Below, piece by piece: positions 27,833 through 41,719 of a stretch of DNA of 64,000 nt; position 1 is the stretch's first letter; every line of letters begins with the position of its first letter. Where the stretch lies: positions 3,282 through 67,281 of the forward strand of contig NW_002060955.1 of the NCBI RefSeq assembly GCF_000150275.1. The letters run 5' to 3'. The notes under the pieces are model-generated. The model was not told the origin of the DNA. It was given only the letters and a program-made list of their open reading frames with translations, and ran no database searches. The stretch comes from Trichoplax adhaerens. Taxonomy: Eukaryota; Animalia; Placozoa. Both the position numbers and the translations under genes were made by a program.

Positions 27833-28274
27833 TCCTCTATCTTATGAAGAGTAGCTACTGTTATCCAACTTAAAATTATACACTTAGCCATGATGTAGCC
27901 TATGGGAAGTAGTCCATTCTACTGCGTTAGTGTTGCATAATAATCCTCTATCTTATGAAGAGTAGCTACTGTTATCCAACTTAAAATTATACACTTAGCC
28001 ATGATGTAGCCTACGTGAAGTAGTCCATTCTACTGCGTTAGTGTTGCATAATAATCCTCTATCTTATGAAGAGTAGCTACTGTTATCCAACTTAAAATTA
28101 TACACTTAGCCATGATGTAGCCTACGGGAAGTAGTCCATTCTACTGCGTTAGTGTTGCATAATAATCCTCTATCTTATGAAGAGTAGCTACTGTTATCCA
28201 ACTTAAAACTTTACACTTAGCCATGATGTAGCCTATGGGAAGTAGTCAATTCTACTGCGTTAGTGTTACATAAT
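27833..28274. repeat. Tandem array, 111-bp unit, 4 near-identical copies
   Basis: The unit start TCCTCTATCTTATGAAGAG occurs at 27833, 27944, 28055 and 28166, with only a few substitutions between copies. Confidence 0.97.
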
Positions 28275-31200
28275 ACAGCACTATGTTAACATGATACAGC
28301 GACATTGATCATCATTCTATGTGATCTGATAAAACATTTTTTTCTTCATGTAATCACTTGAAATGACCCATGCTCTCTATAGAAATAGCCAAGGTAATAA
28401 CAGTAATTCAATTCAACCTCTTTCGTTATCATCACTGCAAGCAAAGTTTGACATAAATTGTTATTATAAATAGCTGTAGATTAACCTTCATTGATAGGAA
28501 ATTTCTTTCATTACTTGTGTACATCGAGTAAACCTATGAAATCTTTGCCATGTTTACTAAATATATACGTCATGTACTGTAGATGCACGAACAAGTTGGC
28601 GATAAAATTACTTTCGTCCTGTCGGTAAGGAATGTCTCTTATTCGAGATTCGTCATTTCTCCTCGCAGTTTATACGTACTATGTCGCAGATTAAGTAGTA
28701 AATCATTTCAATTAGCCGCAATTGATTCAAATTTCTATTCAGTCGAGTAATAATGTCTGATTGCAACTAATATAGAACCTGACTTCAAAATCGACACCTC
28801 AAGAAATATACGACGCTGCTCGAATTGCAAGGTGTTTAGGCTATTTCGTAATTCTACAGCTAGTAATTAATAAACTATTCGTGGCTAGGAATTATAGCAA
28901 TTAATCTATTTACAACGACAGGGCCATCATGGCAATAACTTCTATACCAGACCCAGTTATGAGGTGCATTATCATTTTGACTGACTGTGTATGTCATGCC
29001 AACTTATTAACACTGTCATTTCCTGACTTGAAATAGATCTCAATTGGTAATTAAACTAGTTCGCTGTCTTATTCGGTCTGATAGGTATGATTTAATATTT
29101 ATCGTTATGTTATAGCGAATAGATTCAATATAATTATTGTAACATCAGTGTTATTAATTATTGTTGAACTATAAATATAAAAATAGCTCGAATCCAGAAG
29201 TTCAAGTAGAACTTTGCAGAGCTTTAAATTCATTATTAGAAAAGGACTATCGTACCTTTAAAGATGAAGGTTTTTGCAAAATTGAAATTTTTCTTAATAT
29301 CTTTTACTAAAGATTTAAAAAGCATATAAATTTTGTGCTATAATACTGTCAGGTGGAGTCACAGAAAGTATTGAATTATTGTCTTCGCCCTATCCTGAGG
29401 TAGCATACCATGCTTGTGATTTGTTTACTAAGATCGCACCGTTCGTTTTCCTCGAAGATGTCACCTTTGCCAATACTCTCTATTCTACTCTCCAAGCCTA
29501 TCGACATGATGTAATTTGTAATATGTTTAAGCGGTCTAGCATTATGCGTCCATGTTAACATGCAATCTATAATGCATACTCCGACTAACCATTGATTTTT
29601 ATTACAATGCAGATGAATTTCATTAAACTGATCAGTAAAATTTTAGCTATCATGATTCACGGTATAGGAAGTCCAATACAGCCCCAATATCTTGTTCCTG
29701 TAAATCCAATCATTAAAATTTAGAGAATAAATTCATATAGTAGTTCTTCAATTGCAACATTAATTCAATAACTCATATTTTATAGCTTTATCCGGTATTT
29801 AACGATTTGATTTGGTACAATGATAGAGAGGTGAGGAATTTATAAACTCTTACTACCTTGGTAACGTACTTGCCTGTCGCTGAATAATAATAATAATAGA
29901 CTCTTTGATGTAGGTTATCGTAAACGTTTGCAAATCTTTCGTCGATATATTCGATGACTCGGAGACGGACACTAACGATTTTTTATCGGTATATTTCTCT
30001 GGATAAAATTTTACAAATTTAACTTTTATTTAAATTTCCGTAATAAATAGTATAATTTAATGACAGAAAGCCGATACTTCTGATTTAACTCAAAATGTCA
30101 ATTTTAATTTTTGTTTAGCATATTTTAAACTATGGTTGGTTGCCTTATATAGTCCCTCTTGTTGCTTCATCTTCAAAAGAGTTATCGGTTAACTAGGATT
30201 ACATTGTCGATAGTTAATGTAAAATTGAATTTTACAATAAATTATAATAAAGTTGCTTGTTTTAATGTAAAGGAAACTTCTCTAACTGCTCTCATGAACC
30301 TCACTTATACGCCCAGATGGCGTAGAACTACCACCGAAGCTACTAGTAGATGCATAAAGGTATACGCCTACCCATAGAACACCTGCACTGAGCCTTACTG
30401 CCATTATGTAGCTTTAATAACTAAAGATACTTCGAAGATAGACACACTGAGACTGATTAATACTTTACGTTTGTAGACTGTTGTAGATTTGAAAGTGCTT
30501 GAATATCTTAAGCCACATTTTTGTGGTAACTGCGGAGTAACCTACCTTTGGGTAAGTATCGAACTTCAATTTAGTTATTCGTTGTTACAAAACAATAAGC
30601 AAAAGAGAACTTTATTTGATTGCTGTGCATTTGGATTTAATCGTAGCAAAATATTTCTTATTAGGTATCATTATCATTACTGATTAATATATCTCTGAGT
30701 GACTTTCGACAAGTAAGATAAACATTTACATCATGATGAATTGGTTCATATGTTTAAACTTCATAAATGCTAATCTTCTTGCACTTGGAACTTATTTAGA
30801 GTATATTTGATGCAAAATTACTGAAAAGAGTTTTGCAAATCTTAGTACAGGTAAGATTTTAGTTCGTTAACAATCAACCCACGCGCCATAGCAATTTTTT
30901 GAGTTTCGTATCAATATAAATTATCACGTTAGCCAAAGGATCTCGATATTGAAAGAAGATCTTTTACAATCATCAGCGGCATTATTGATGGCGGTGATGT
31001 CAGTCAGGTATATTTACAAACAATGTAATTTTTTTCATCACTTCATGCTGAGATCTTTAATATTTTAAGTCAACTCAATCATTTGGTACAATAATAAATA
31101 ATATCAACAATTTATTAGAATGTATACCTAGCCAAAATTGGAGTGGTAACAGCATTATGTAATTATATGCGAAAGCAATTACAACTACACGTGGTAAAGT

Positions 31201-32178
31201 ATTAAATTGCAAAATACAATTTACAAAGATAAAACTTTAAAATATTATGGTGGTAAATCATTTATTTGAACAGACAGCAGATCGATGCTCCTCAGCGATT
31301 GTAAAGCATTTCGAGGTATTCTGCAACAGATGAAAAGCTTTTCAATTATACTGAATCTAAAAATACAATTATATAGCAATCAATTCTTCTAGAGTGTTAG
31401 TTGAAACATGACTTGATGTATTTTATTTTTAAAATCGTTGTTAGCATTTCAAATTTTTATGATTACATGTCTTCTCTACGGGTATACTGTCCTCGCTGAT
31501 TGAATTGTAACTGCTATAGCTAAAAATTTTTAGAATAATACTCTTTTTAAATTATGCAATGTCAATATTGGGTCATAATCTGCTTGATATTTTAGTATTC
31601 TCTTCAACTAATGCTTATTAGGTCATTAAAGATACACCTATATATTCTACATTGCGACAAGAAATGAAAGAGGATGGTTGTAAGTGTCAATCTTGAATAG
31701 CATCTAATCTTCGTTATCGTCTTAATTTATACCCTGCTCGTCAATAATATAACAGCAGAAACTAGTAATTTGATGTTCTGTTCTTTATCATAACTCATTA
31801 AAAGCTTTAGAAAAAATTCGATACATAATAAAGATGAGTTCGAAAGCAAGTATTCGAGCGCGTTTACAGGGACTCCACGCTGAATTAGCTTCAAATTAAA
31901 CGTATACATCTGGTACGATATGTAGGCACTTTACTACGTTAAATCCTAATGCAAAGATTTGAAAACCGAAGCCGATTAATCCTATGTATGATTGAATTTT
32001 GAATATTTAGGCCAAGGTAAACTTGTTTAAGTGCATACGTTTATGATATCTTGTACAAAGACCAATTTGAACAAATGGCTAGGATTTCATGCCGAAATGT
32101 AACATGAATATTTAGTGTTGCAATTAACATTAGATATAATATATTAAAGCTTACAGGCTACCTGTAGAGCGGCTGTCT

Positions 32179-34494
32179 CTATAATGTATTAGAAATTATA
32201 ATCGGGAATTTTAATTGTAAAGTTTTGGAAGATGGAATATTTACAAATATCTAGAAGAGATAGATTATATAAAATTAATTGATTATTTTAGTATGAAAAT
32301 AAAAGCTAGTATTGACGAACATGAAGATATTTGATATAGACTATAAATTACCCAGCGATACAAATTCTTGGTGTTGAACAATTGATATTACATTAATTAT
32401 TTTACCTTCAAATAGTACTCCACTTTCAAAATATCCACCTTTGTATTGGTTGGGGACACATCGGGTACTGTAATTACATGATCATTCCAGATCGCCCTTC
32501 CATTTGGTCGAATGGCTTCTCCAGAGGTAGATAAGCAATATACAACCTTATCTCTGTAATAACGACCTTATAGCAAGATATACGAAGTGATTTTTGCGTA
32601 AAATGATAGGTGCACTACCCGTATATATATAATTCTAATAATTCGGTCAATCCAGTTAGAACAAACCTTCTGCTTCCCGATTGATAGTTTGCACGAATCC
32701 GGCCCAAATACCTGATAACGTTAGATTTGTGCCATTTTCCACTTGCGATGTAATAATTTTAATATCTTGACCTATTCTACATGCTGTTCGATCAATCTGT
32801 GCCCTTAGCAGCAAAGGGCCCGACTTACAACAAAAGCAACAGAGTGTTTTTTCAGTCTCCACCATTTCTGAAGGCGCCTGGACGAAAATTTATTTACGAT
32901 TACAAACTGAAGAAGTTATCAAAATCACCGTAAGAATTATTAAAGAAAGGAAATATAGCTATGCTTGCAGTAATCTAAGATTGCTCTCGGATTGCCAAAA
33001 TAAGTAGTAAAAATCACTTTATGCATATCTTAACAGTGATCGCATAAAGTCAAGAAGAATCTGTAAACGTACTAAAAATAAAACGGTATCCTATCAAAAA
33101 CTATGAGATCTTATAATTTCATTCTATTTAAGAATTAAGAGATAAGCTTGAAAGTAATTACGGTATCCTATCGAAATTATGAGATCTTACAATTTCATTC
33201 TATTTAAGAATTAAGAAATATGCCCTTGCATTTATGTATGCAAATTTAATAGTACGGTTTGCAATATTTATTAGTATCATAACATGTGAAAGATGAAGCT
33301 AGTCACTGCTGCAAGTAATGATTATAAAGTGGTTTCTTTTTCATTTGAGTGTACATCAGAGTAGAAATAGAATGCCATATTTTAAAGATCGAAAAATGCA
33401 GAAACTGGTTATCTAAATCACTCCCAAATATGTACAAAGCAAACTAACTGATAATGACAGTCACTTCCGTATAAGACCCGTGATCATAGATTAAAACCTC
33501 TGCGATTTTCTCGACTGTTGTTTAAGGCTAATATTTAAAAAATGTTTGCTTATCGTTTGTTTCAAGATATATCTTCGCGATTTAATAAGCATAATGTTTA
33601 GATGAAACTTTATAACTCTTGACATTGCATACTATTAAATTATCTATGACAAGAAATATCTTAACTCAATTTAAGACCATCGCTAACTTACCATGAGATG
33701 ACTAAGACGTGAAGGCATAGTTTCATGATAGAGGAATATTTTCTTAAATTTAACCTTCCTAGTCATAGATTCATGCGATATTAAATAAGATTTAATCATG
33801 TAACGAATGCTATTGCCATATAAACCCTCGAAGGTAGATGGTAGTTGGATTTTCGGCAATTGAAAAGCGAAGGTAAAGTTGTATTTTCCAGGAAATAGAA
33901 CTCCTGGGTTTTCCACTGTTTCAGTATCTAAACCGATGTTCAAGATAAATTAATAAATAGTCAGTTAGGCTGGAACAGATAAAGTAAATCAGAATTTTCC
34001 ACTTCAAATTAAAGAAATAGAAGAGACAAAGTTCGTATTGTGATCAGGAATGATCGAAATATTAAAAATAGTATTTCGCTTCTAAAAATTTTTACAGAAA
34101 GGTGGTACCTCGTTCAAAGCGATAATTTATATTGAGCAATTCTCATCTACTGATTTGCAGACATTAAAATAATGAACAGGCTTAAAATTACTACTATAAA
34201 TGTTAACTAAGGAAATGACCCAAGTAAAAGATTACCGGTACTTAACATACCTTCTGTACTTGCGGTGATCATGGAATCAATAATATTACGCTTACTGTAA
34301 GCGTATCTCAAATCGTTTGTAGGTCCATACTGAATTTGAGTCTTCGCTCTGCCATGAATTCGAACTTGAATACATTGAATTGTTAACGGATTTTTCAATT
34401 CTAAATGAATATGTCCAGATACAATATCACGAGCATGATAGATTTCTTGTAAATCATCGAGAAATATATAATAGGATAGAATTGTTTGAGGCAT
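32179..34494 (-). CDS. Alpha-arrestin C, ~307 aa, tail-less, inverted relative to the rest of the array
   Basis: Exons 34494-34251, 33927-33692, 32877-32667, 32566-32406 and 32250-32179 (sum 924 nt, open). Motifs: PGKYNFTFAFQLP..LPSTFEG..SIRYMIK, LCCFCCKSGP, VPDVSPTN..LKVEYYL. Ends FPIIISNTL*. Confidence 0.87.
33084..33216. repeat. Two-copy direct duplication (~57 bp, period 77) in intron 2 of arrestin C
   Basis: CGGTATCCTATC...GAGATCTTA.AATTTCATTCTATTTAAGAATTAAGA occurs at 33084 and 33161. Confidence 0.85.
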
Positions 34495-37400
34495 AATAAT
34501 TGTTTAAAAAAATTTGTAGCACCAAATCAAAATGCGGTTTTGGCCTTTTAATGAGCGATGGTCAGTTACACTTATTTTGCTATTCTTGTGCAATCTTGTA
34601 CAAAGAGTAAGCTAATATCTATGCTTGTAAACAAGTTTACCAGAATCTTTGCTAAAGTAGAGGCATATAACCTTTCTGTTGCTGTACAGGTTTATTGCTA
34701 AATACGTCAGCGTCAAAATTTACACATCTTAAGGTTTAAATTCGATGAGAAAAAAAGTTTAAAATTAGCAGGATATATAAATTGAGGATGGATCTTTGAT
34801 TGCACGATATTTGATAATATTACCAATTTATAATTGAAATGGTTATCATTATTAGATCTACAGCGAACAGAAGATTCATACGAATGGTAATGATTTAAAC
34901 ATATTGTATACTTAATTTAATTTACTACCATGTACAGTGTGTGTTTATGTAATTGCTTTGAACAGGCACACTCTATTTCGTATGTTCGCTAAAATATTAT
35001 ATGGCTTGTAAGAGCAATCCAATAGAAAAGGCCTTTCATTATATAAATTATACAACTGCTTAAGAGACTGCGTGGAAAACAATATGTTTAATGTTCGCAA
35101 GGAATGTTGTTATCAATTTAATTGGATTTAGTGAAAACTGGCGTAGTGATATTAATAACAAAGCATTCGTTTTCGGATTATTACAGTACTCGCATGTGAT
35201 AAAATAACGTAACTCATATCTTCTTTACATTTCTTAGCATTAGATGGTAGTTAATTTGTTTACCCCACATAAGACCAGAGACTTTCCGTTTTAAGGCTAC
35301 TCATTAATTTAATTAATGAAATTGTTTCTGTTGGCTTTTAAGTTTCTGTAGAGTTATCTTTAACGCATCATCAGTAAGTCTATAACGTAGGATCTGATAT
35401 ATTTTCATACACCATGTTTCCAAAGGCCATTGTGGGTCAAAGTAATCGAATGGTGCCTAAGTTACGGATTTACAACGAAAACATTTTAATCTATTTACGG
35501 TATGATCTGACGCGTTTAGTTCCATATTTCATCTATCTTAATAATTAATTAACCGTTAGAGATTGTTAATACCACAAAAAAGTGTAAACGCAACCCTAAC
35601 AGGCTTTAGGCTAAGACTACTGATTATGATTTTACAAAACATGAAGTAAACTTTAGTTGACCTTTGCAGATAGCATTTAGTAAAAGAAGTCGATTAGAGT
35701 CCATAGGTTATCGATATTAACCAAGACGAGACCTACTTAGAAGAATAAGCGACTGATTCAGAATCTCTGCTTTATTTTAATTTTGCTAATTTGTACGTAT
35801 ATGAAACAAGCAACTAAATTTACTAGTATGCTCGATTGCATTCTAAGACTTGAAACTGAAATCAATGTAAAGTATAACAAAAACCTGATGGTGCGATTTT
35901 TATTGTTCTCGTATTACAGAACTACATAATCGTATGTAACAGATATTAGAAAATTCGAGTTTTTCTAGTATATTTTATCGATTTATAAAGCATAAAGTAC
36001 AATAATGGCGCGATACGAGGTGTAGTTTGTCGAAATTAGAGAAAATATTTTTTGATATAGGTTTAATTATATACTTTAGCTGATTACAACTGACGATTAT
36101 TATAGTTTATCTGCCTTATCATGTATGCAACGATGATTCTACATAGATATGAGTATCCGAGGTTAAGCAGCAGGCACAGTAATCTATCAGACAGCAAACT
36201 CTGCCGAAAAGATATTGTTCTGAGTTATATAAATCTCCAAATCTCAGATTAATTTTTTAATTTTCAAAATTTTATACGTAATGAACATCTTAGACTGTGG
36301 TATAATATTTCCTTTACGAGTTCGTTAATTAGGATTAAAACTAATCCTAATAGTGTTTGAAACAGTATCCGCAGTACTAGAGCTAGAACATTAAGTAGAG
36401 CAAAAGTGCTGATTAAAGTATACACACCAGTTCACGTAGGCTGTGGAGTGAATAATCTAGTTACAAACATTAATGAAATTTTCTTTACAAGTGTATCGCG
36501 TAAAATCAAGCCGTAATGAGTCGAGCTGATAATTGCTACTTCTGGACTATAAGCCGCTAAGAAGTAACCTTTATACTGCCGTAAATATTAGTTGAAAGCT
36601 TTTTCTTACTATAAATAATATTCAAGGTACTATATAAAGATGAAAATTTTAACTACGGTGCATCTCAGGGGCGAATTTAATCAACTTATTTTTTATTAAA
36701 TTTTCTATAGCTTATTGTATAATAATAACCATAAAGTATGGAATGGAAAATGATGAGAATTTTTTTAAAATTTGGGAAATGGAAACAAGAACATGCTGAT
36801 TATTCTAGCTACAATATTATTTCTAGATAGCAAACACTGGCTATATGAATCAAATCTTACTACAGCTATGTTTTATCTCAAATTTACGCGGCGTCGTTTT
36901 CAGAAAAAGGTTACAAAGACGTAGAGGGACTACAAAAGGCAGAGAAGTACACTCTTAAATACAAAATATATCTTTAAGTGTAAGCTCGCGTGTCTTAATT
37001 ACTATTCGACGTTAGGAAGATCTGTCACCTTTGCCTCGAAAGAAGTTGAAGATATCGAAAAAGGTCTTAGCTATAGCCGCGATACATCAGATCTTACTAT
37101 TTACTAGTTTACAGTATTAAGGGATCGACTAGGTAGCATGGCTATTGTATGTCGATCCATTCATTTATTCTGTATAAGATGTTAGCGATTAATTGTATTT
37201 ATAAATATTTATTTCGCAATGTTTTCGATTTCTGTCAAATTGTATGTAGCATGACAGATTAACGATTATCAAAACCATCTCGAAACATACCGTAATTGAT
37301 GGTACTATTTTGTATCAGTGTCTATAACATTAGCTCTAGGGCATATTTTTGTATAGAAAGTCATTAGAAATATCAAAACATACTATATGATCATAAACTA

Positions 37401-38293
37401 AATGTCAACAATCGCATCTAACTCCATCACGTGCCTATGATCGATATAAATTGATTCCATGACAGTTGTGGCTCCACCTGTTGTTATGGAAACGTTATAT
37501 TTGCTTTACATGATTCTATTTTATTAATTTTAGCATAAATTAAGCCATAATCAAAGCTGAATGATGTACTGTTCTACATTGACGTTAGCTATTTGTAATA
37601 GTGGTAAACTATCAGATGTAAATAAATCGGGCAAAATTTAAGAAAGATATTGCATGCTCTATGAGGTTTATAAAAGTAGAAATGTTACACAAAATGACAT
37701 TAAAAATAAGGAATATGAGTACATTTAGATCATGCGGCACTTGCAACAAAGACTCATTGCATACATTAACGAATTGAGGTGTCTGTTCACATCTGGTACA
37801 AGTTTAAGTAATAGTAGACAATTCATATTCTAAATTTATTCAATTAAACTATGGACTACCCAACAATGTGTATACTCATAATAGAATGTAAATTGAAATT
37901 ACGGTTAATCATTATTCATTAATACAAACATTTACTTTATCTAATGACTAAATAACTGCATATTTTGTATTGTGATTATCTATTGACAGTTCTATGAATC
38001 ATTCTATTCCATTTGTTCTTGCGTAACGAAGATTGCAAGGGAATCAATAGGTGCATAGTAACAAATAACAAAACCTATATGATTACGCTTAGACTCTTTC
38101 ATGAATATTCCCCATTACATGAAGATAGTATAAAACCTCTATAGATCAATTTTTTATCATACATCACAACATAGACAATCTTGAATGAAATTTAATGATG
38201 TTAAATGTGGATTTTACCTTCTTTGAAAGCTAAAACTACCTTAAAATAAATCATCTGAAGCATGAGTATTGTGATATAGAACTTGAATCCAAC

Positions 38294-41200
38294 ATGACGG
38301 TGAAAATAAAGAGCTACACGATTAATTTTTCTAAGAATCAAAAAGCCTATTTCCCCGGACAAACAATATCTGGTGTTGTAACTATCGTACTGACTGAATC
38401 AACTCGAATTAAATCCATAAAAATTGGCATTTTTGGAGAAGCCAAGACTCGAATTGCTTACAAATCTGGTGATGATACTAAAACCGCTTATCAGAACCAA
38501 AAATTTCTGGAACATGTTGTGACTGCTTTTACTAGTGGTAAGTTATTTTTCGACACTTTTTTTTCAAAAATTTATACTATAACTTTCCTTATAACTATCC
38601 TTAAGCTACTTTCAGTTTGCTTCTATTTTGCCATAGTACAACATTTTTCGATGGCTTATTAATTTTGTATTGACTATTATTTTCTTAAGTTAAGGTATAG
38701 CAGATTATATCTCTGAAATTTTTTATTAATGAGACTGTAATACCAACCTGATCTAACTATTTTGTAGATATGAGTATGCTTTAGTGAAAATTTAAAGACA
38801 CTGAATTAAATCTGTAAATGTACGCTATTCGAAATGGAATTAAGATATTGTTTCATTTACATTCTTGCTTGATCGTAGAAATGGGTAATCAATTGTAAAT
38901 CTATCTGTACTAATTTCTCATTAATATTTGATTTTACAATAAGATTAGAAGTTACAAATTATCTAAATTCTTAATTACTTTATGTATTGACCGTATAGAT
39001 TAAATTTTGATACGGTTTAGCTTACATAAATTGCCATTTTGTAATGTGTTGAAATGGCAACATAGTATTAGACCAGAATTATATTTATTCTGATACCATG
39101 AAAGCAAGTAATTTCGATTCCATTCAACAGAGACCTTAAACATCTGTCTTCTGAAATGTTTACTAGATCGTAACGACAAGAATCTTGAGAATCATCTTTT
39201 ACTTGCTGGACAATATCGTTATCCATTCGCATTTCGGTTACCAACGTCTGATATTCTTCCATCAACTTTTGAGTCTATCCAACCGGGCAACTCTATTCGT
39301 TATTTAGTCGAATCATGGATAGAGTTACCGCTTAGAGTGCCCCCAATATGCAAGAAACCATTCACATTTCTTCAAGTAATTGATTGTAATGCACCTAACT
39401 TTGTGGTAAGTTATTTCAAAAGTAAAATTATATTTAACAATTGCTATCCATAATTACCTAAAATTTTTTCATTCACTAATACCAACAATGATACTACTTA
39501 GTCATTATTACCTACTAGTAAGTCATTGTCAGTTTAGATAATGAAGCTCTAAAATTCTTAATATTAACTATATCAAACTGTTGAGAGTAATTTACACCAG
39601 CTTACTAAGATTATAGAAAAGCGATTACTAGTTTATCATGCAATTTATGAAAGCAATTTTTACATGTTAGCAGTAGTCATATTTATTTATGATGTGAATC
39701 ATTCTTTCCATAACGTTATAAATTAGGAACCTCCGCTACCGCTAGAGAATGAAAAAAGCATATGTTGTTGGTGTTGCCAGTCAGGACCACTTATTATTCG
39801 AGCAGCAATCGACAAAAAAGCTTTTGTGCCTGGGGAAAAAGTAACTCTATTAACAGCTGAAATTGAAAATTATACAGACAGAAATATGAATGGAATAGCA
39901 ATTTCCTTACTACAAATGGTTACTCGAAGAGCGAAAGGTATATTATCTACAGTATTATTGAATGAAGTAATAGCTAATTAGTTAATTAAAGATTAGTGGA
40001 AATACCTGAATATGCGTATTTATTGCATAATAGCGTTGTTGAGATGTATTTAAATTTTATGCCGAATTAGTAATTAATGCGAATTATTGTTAGGTCATGT
40101 TCGCGTGGAACAGAAATCTTACGCTTCCTTAGCACAATCCGAAACTATTAAACAGGGTTGCAGCTTTACTTGGAATGATAAAAGTATCACTATTCCTTGT
40201 CTACCCCCTACAAACTCATTATCAAATATTTTGAAAGTAGAATACTTCATAAAGGTTAAATTTGTCGAAATATATCTTTAAATTATTAAACGTAATTTGA
40301 ATGGTTTAACATCAAATTATCGAACTATTAAAAAAGTGATAGAATATTTCATTTCTCAGGAAAAATTTAAGATTAACTTCAAACTTGTTATTATAATACC
40401 ATATGTATAGGTTGAAGTGATAGTTCCTTTTGGGTTAAATTTAGAAGTTCGATTTTCAATCGAAATAGGAACAATTCCCAGACGTGAATTGTTAAATAGT
40501 GTCGATAAACATGAGCAGCAACCCACAGAAGATGATTCAAAGGAGCAACAAAATTCTGCGAAGACTGATAATCCAGCATTGGATCTCTCTTTACCCGAAG
40601 CACAGAAGATTAGTGTCTTACCTCGACTTAGTGAGTTAAGTCCAGAGACAAACGAGAGACGTTCAACGATTTCATTCAAACGTCTACCGCCGATAGAATC
40701 ATCAGTTTCTGCACCGGGCTCAAGAAAATCTTCTATTGGTTAGTAAAAGCAATATCTTAATTTATACCAAAAAGATTAAAAGAAAATTAGCTACAGCTTT
40801 TGTTTAATCATTAAAAATCAATCTATTTCCCTTCTATATGAATTTGGTGTAATAAAATCCCATCTTCTATCTTTAATTCGAACGCAAACACATTACTTCT
40901 CTATACTTTAATGCATTTGTTACTGTGAAATATCAAATCTATAATACGCTCAAGGGATATTGATAAAAAAAGCATGCGTAATCCAAGCTAAATTTCTATT
41001 TATCAAAATCTGTGGATACCTTGCAATAATATAATTTATGTTCTATCTCGAAAACAATTAAAAGATGAAAAAATCTTTTCAAATTTCACGGTTATATTCT
41101 ATTCTCTATTTCCTCCCTTTTTGAAATCATTTTAATTCTAGTAGCTATATCTATATTATATTGTATGAGAAACCTGTAGTACAATAGAATAGAGAAGGAT

Positions 41201-41719
41201 ATGCTTTCAAATCCTAGTCAAAGAGTTTCACTTTTCGAAATTTTGTACCAATAATAAACTGAACTGGTATAGTACAGTAAACTACGAGAGAAATACTAGA
41301 GAAGTACCAGTTACTTCATAAGGTAGATATAAAACTGAATAAGAATTTTACTTCAAATTCTCAGTATTTGATAGCTTATGCAGAAGCCACAATAATAACT
41401 AAAATACGATAAAAAATATTGTTCGCTTTAAATAACCTAAGATGTTGCATATTTTTAATAAAATTTAAGGTATTGTAAAGAAGAAGGATAAAATATAATA
41501 ATAGAAAATTTTTATCATTATTTATAAATAGATGCTACACATGAACAACAACAAGAACTTGCTGATACCGTTACAAACTTAAGTCTTCCTAATAGAAATT
41601 GTGTTGAAGGTCATGTTGATTTAAAGACTGAAAGATTTCCCGACTGTGAATTAGTTGGTGATTCTTCTTATACTCCGCAGTATCCATATTACAATCCGGT
41701 AAAATCACATAAAGTCTAA
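38294..41719 (+). CDS. Alpha-arrestin D, ~456 aa
   Basis: Exons 38294-38537, 39167-39405, 39727-39937, 40094-40254, 40411-40738 and 41532-41719 (sum 1371 nt, open). Motifs: YFPGQTISG, GQYRYPFAFRLP..LPSTFE..NSIRY, ICCWCCQSGP, AFVPGE, LPPTN..LKVEYFI, IEIGTIP. Confidence 0.87.

Noticed and set aside
25635-28274. Repeat arrays as CRISPR
   Set aside because: The units are head-to-tail without unique spacers, there are no cas genes, and the context is eukaryotic.
28600-31330. Minus-strand exon-like pieces (e.g. 29376-29561, ~29860-30000) as tail exons of arrestin C
   Set aside because: Arrestin C has an in-frame stop before any usable donor; the pieces show no PY or CxxG/PxY motif and form no consistent splice chain.
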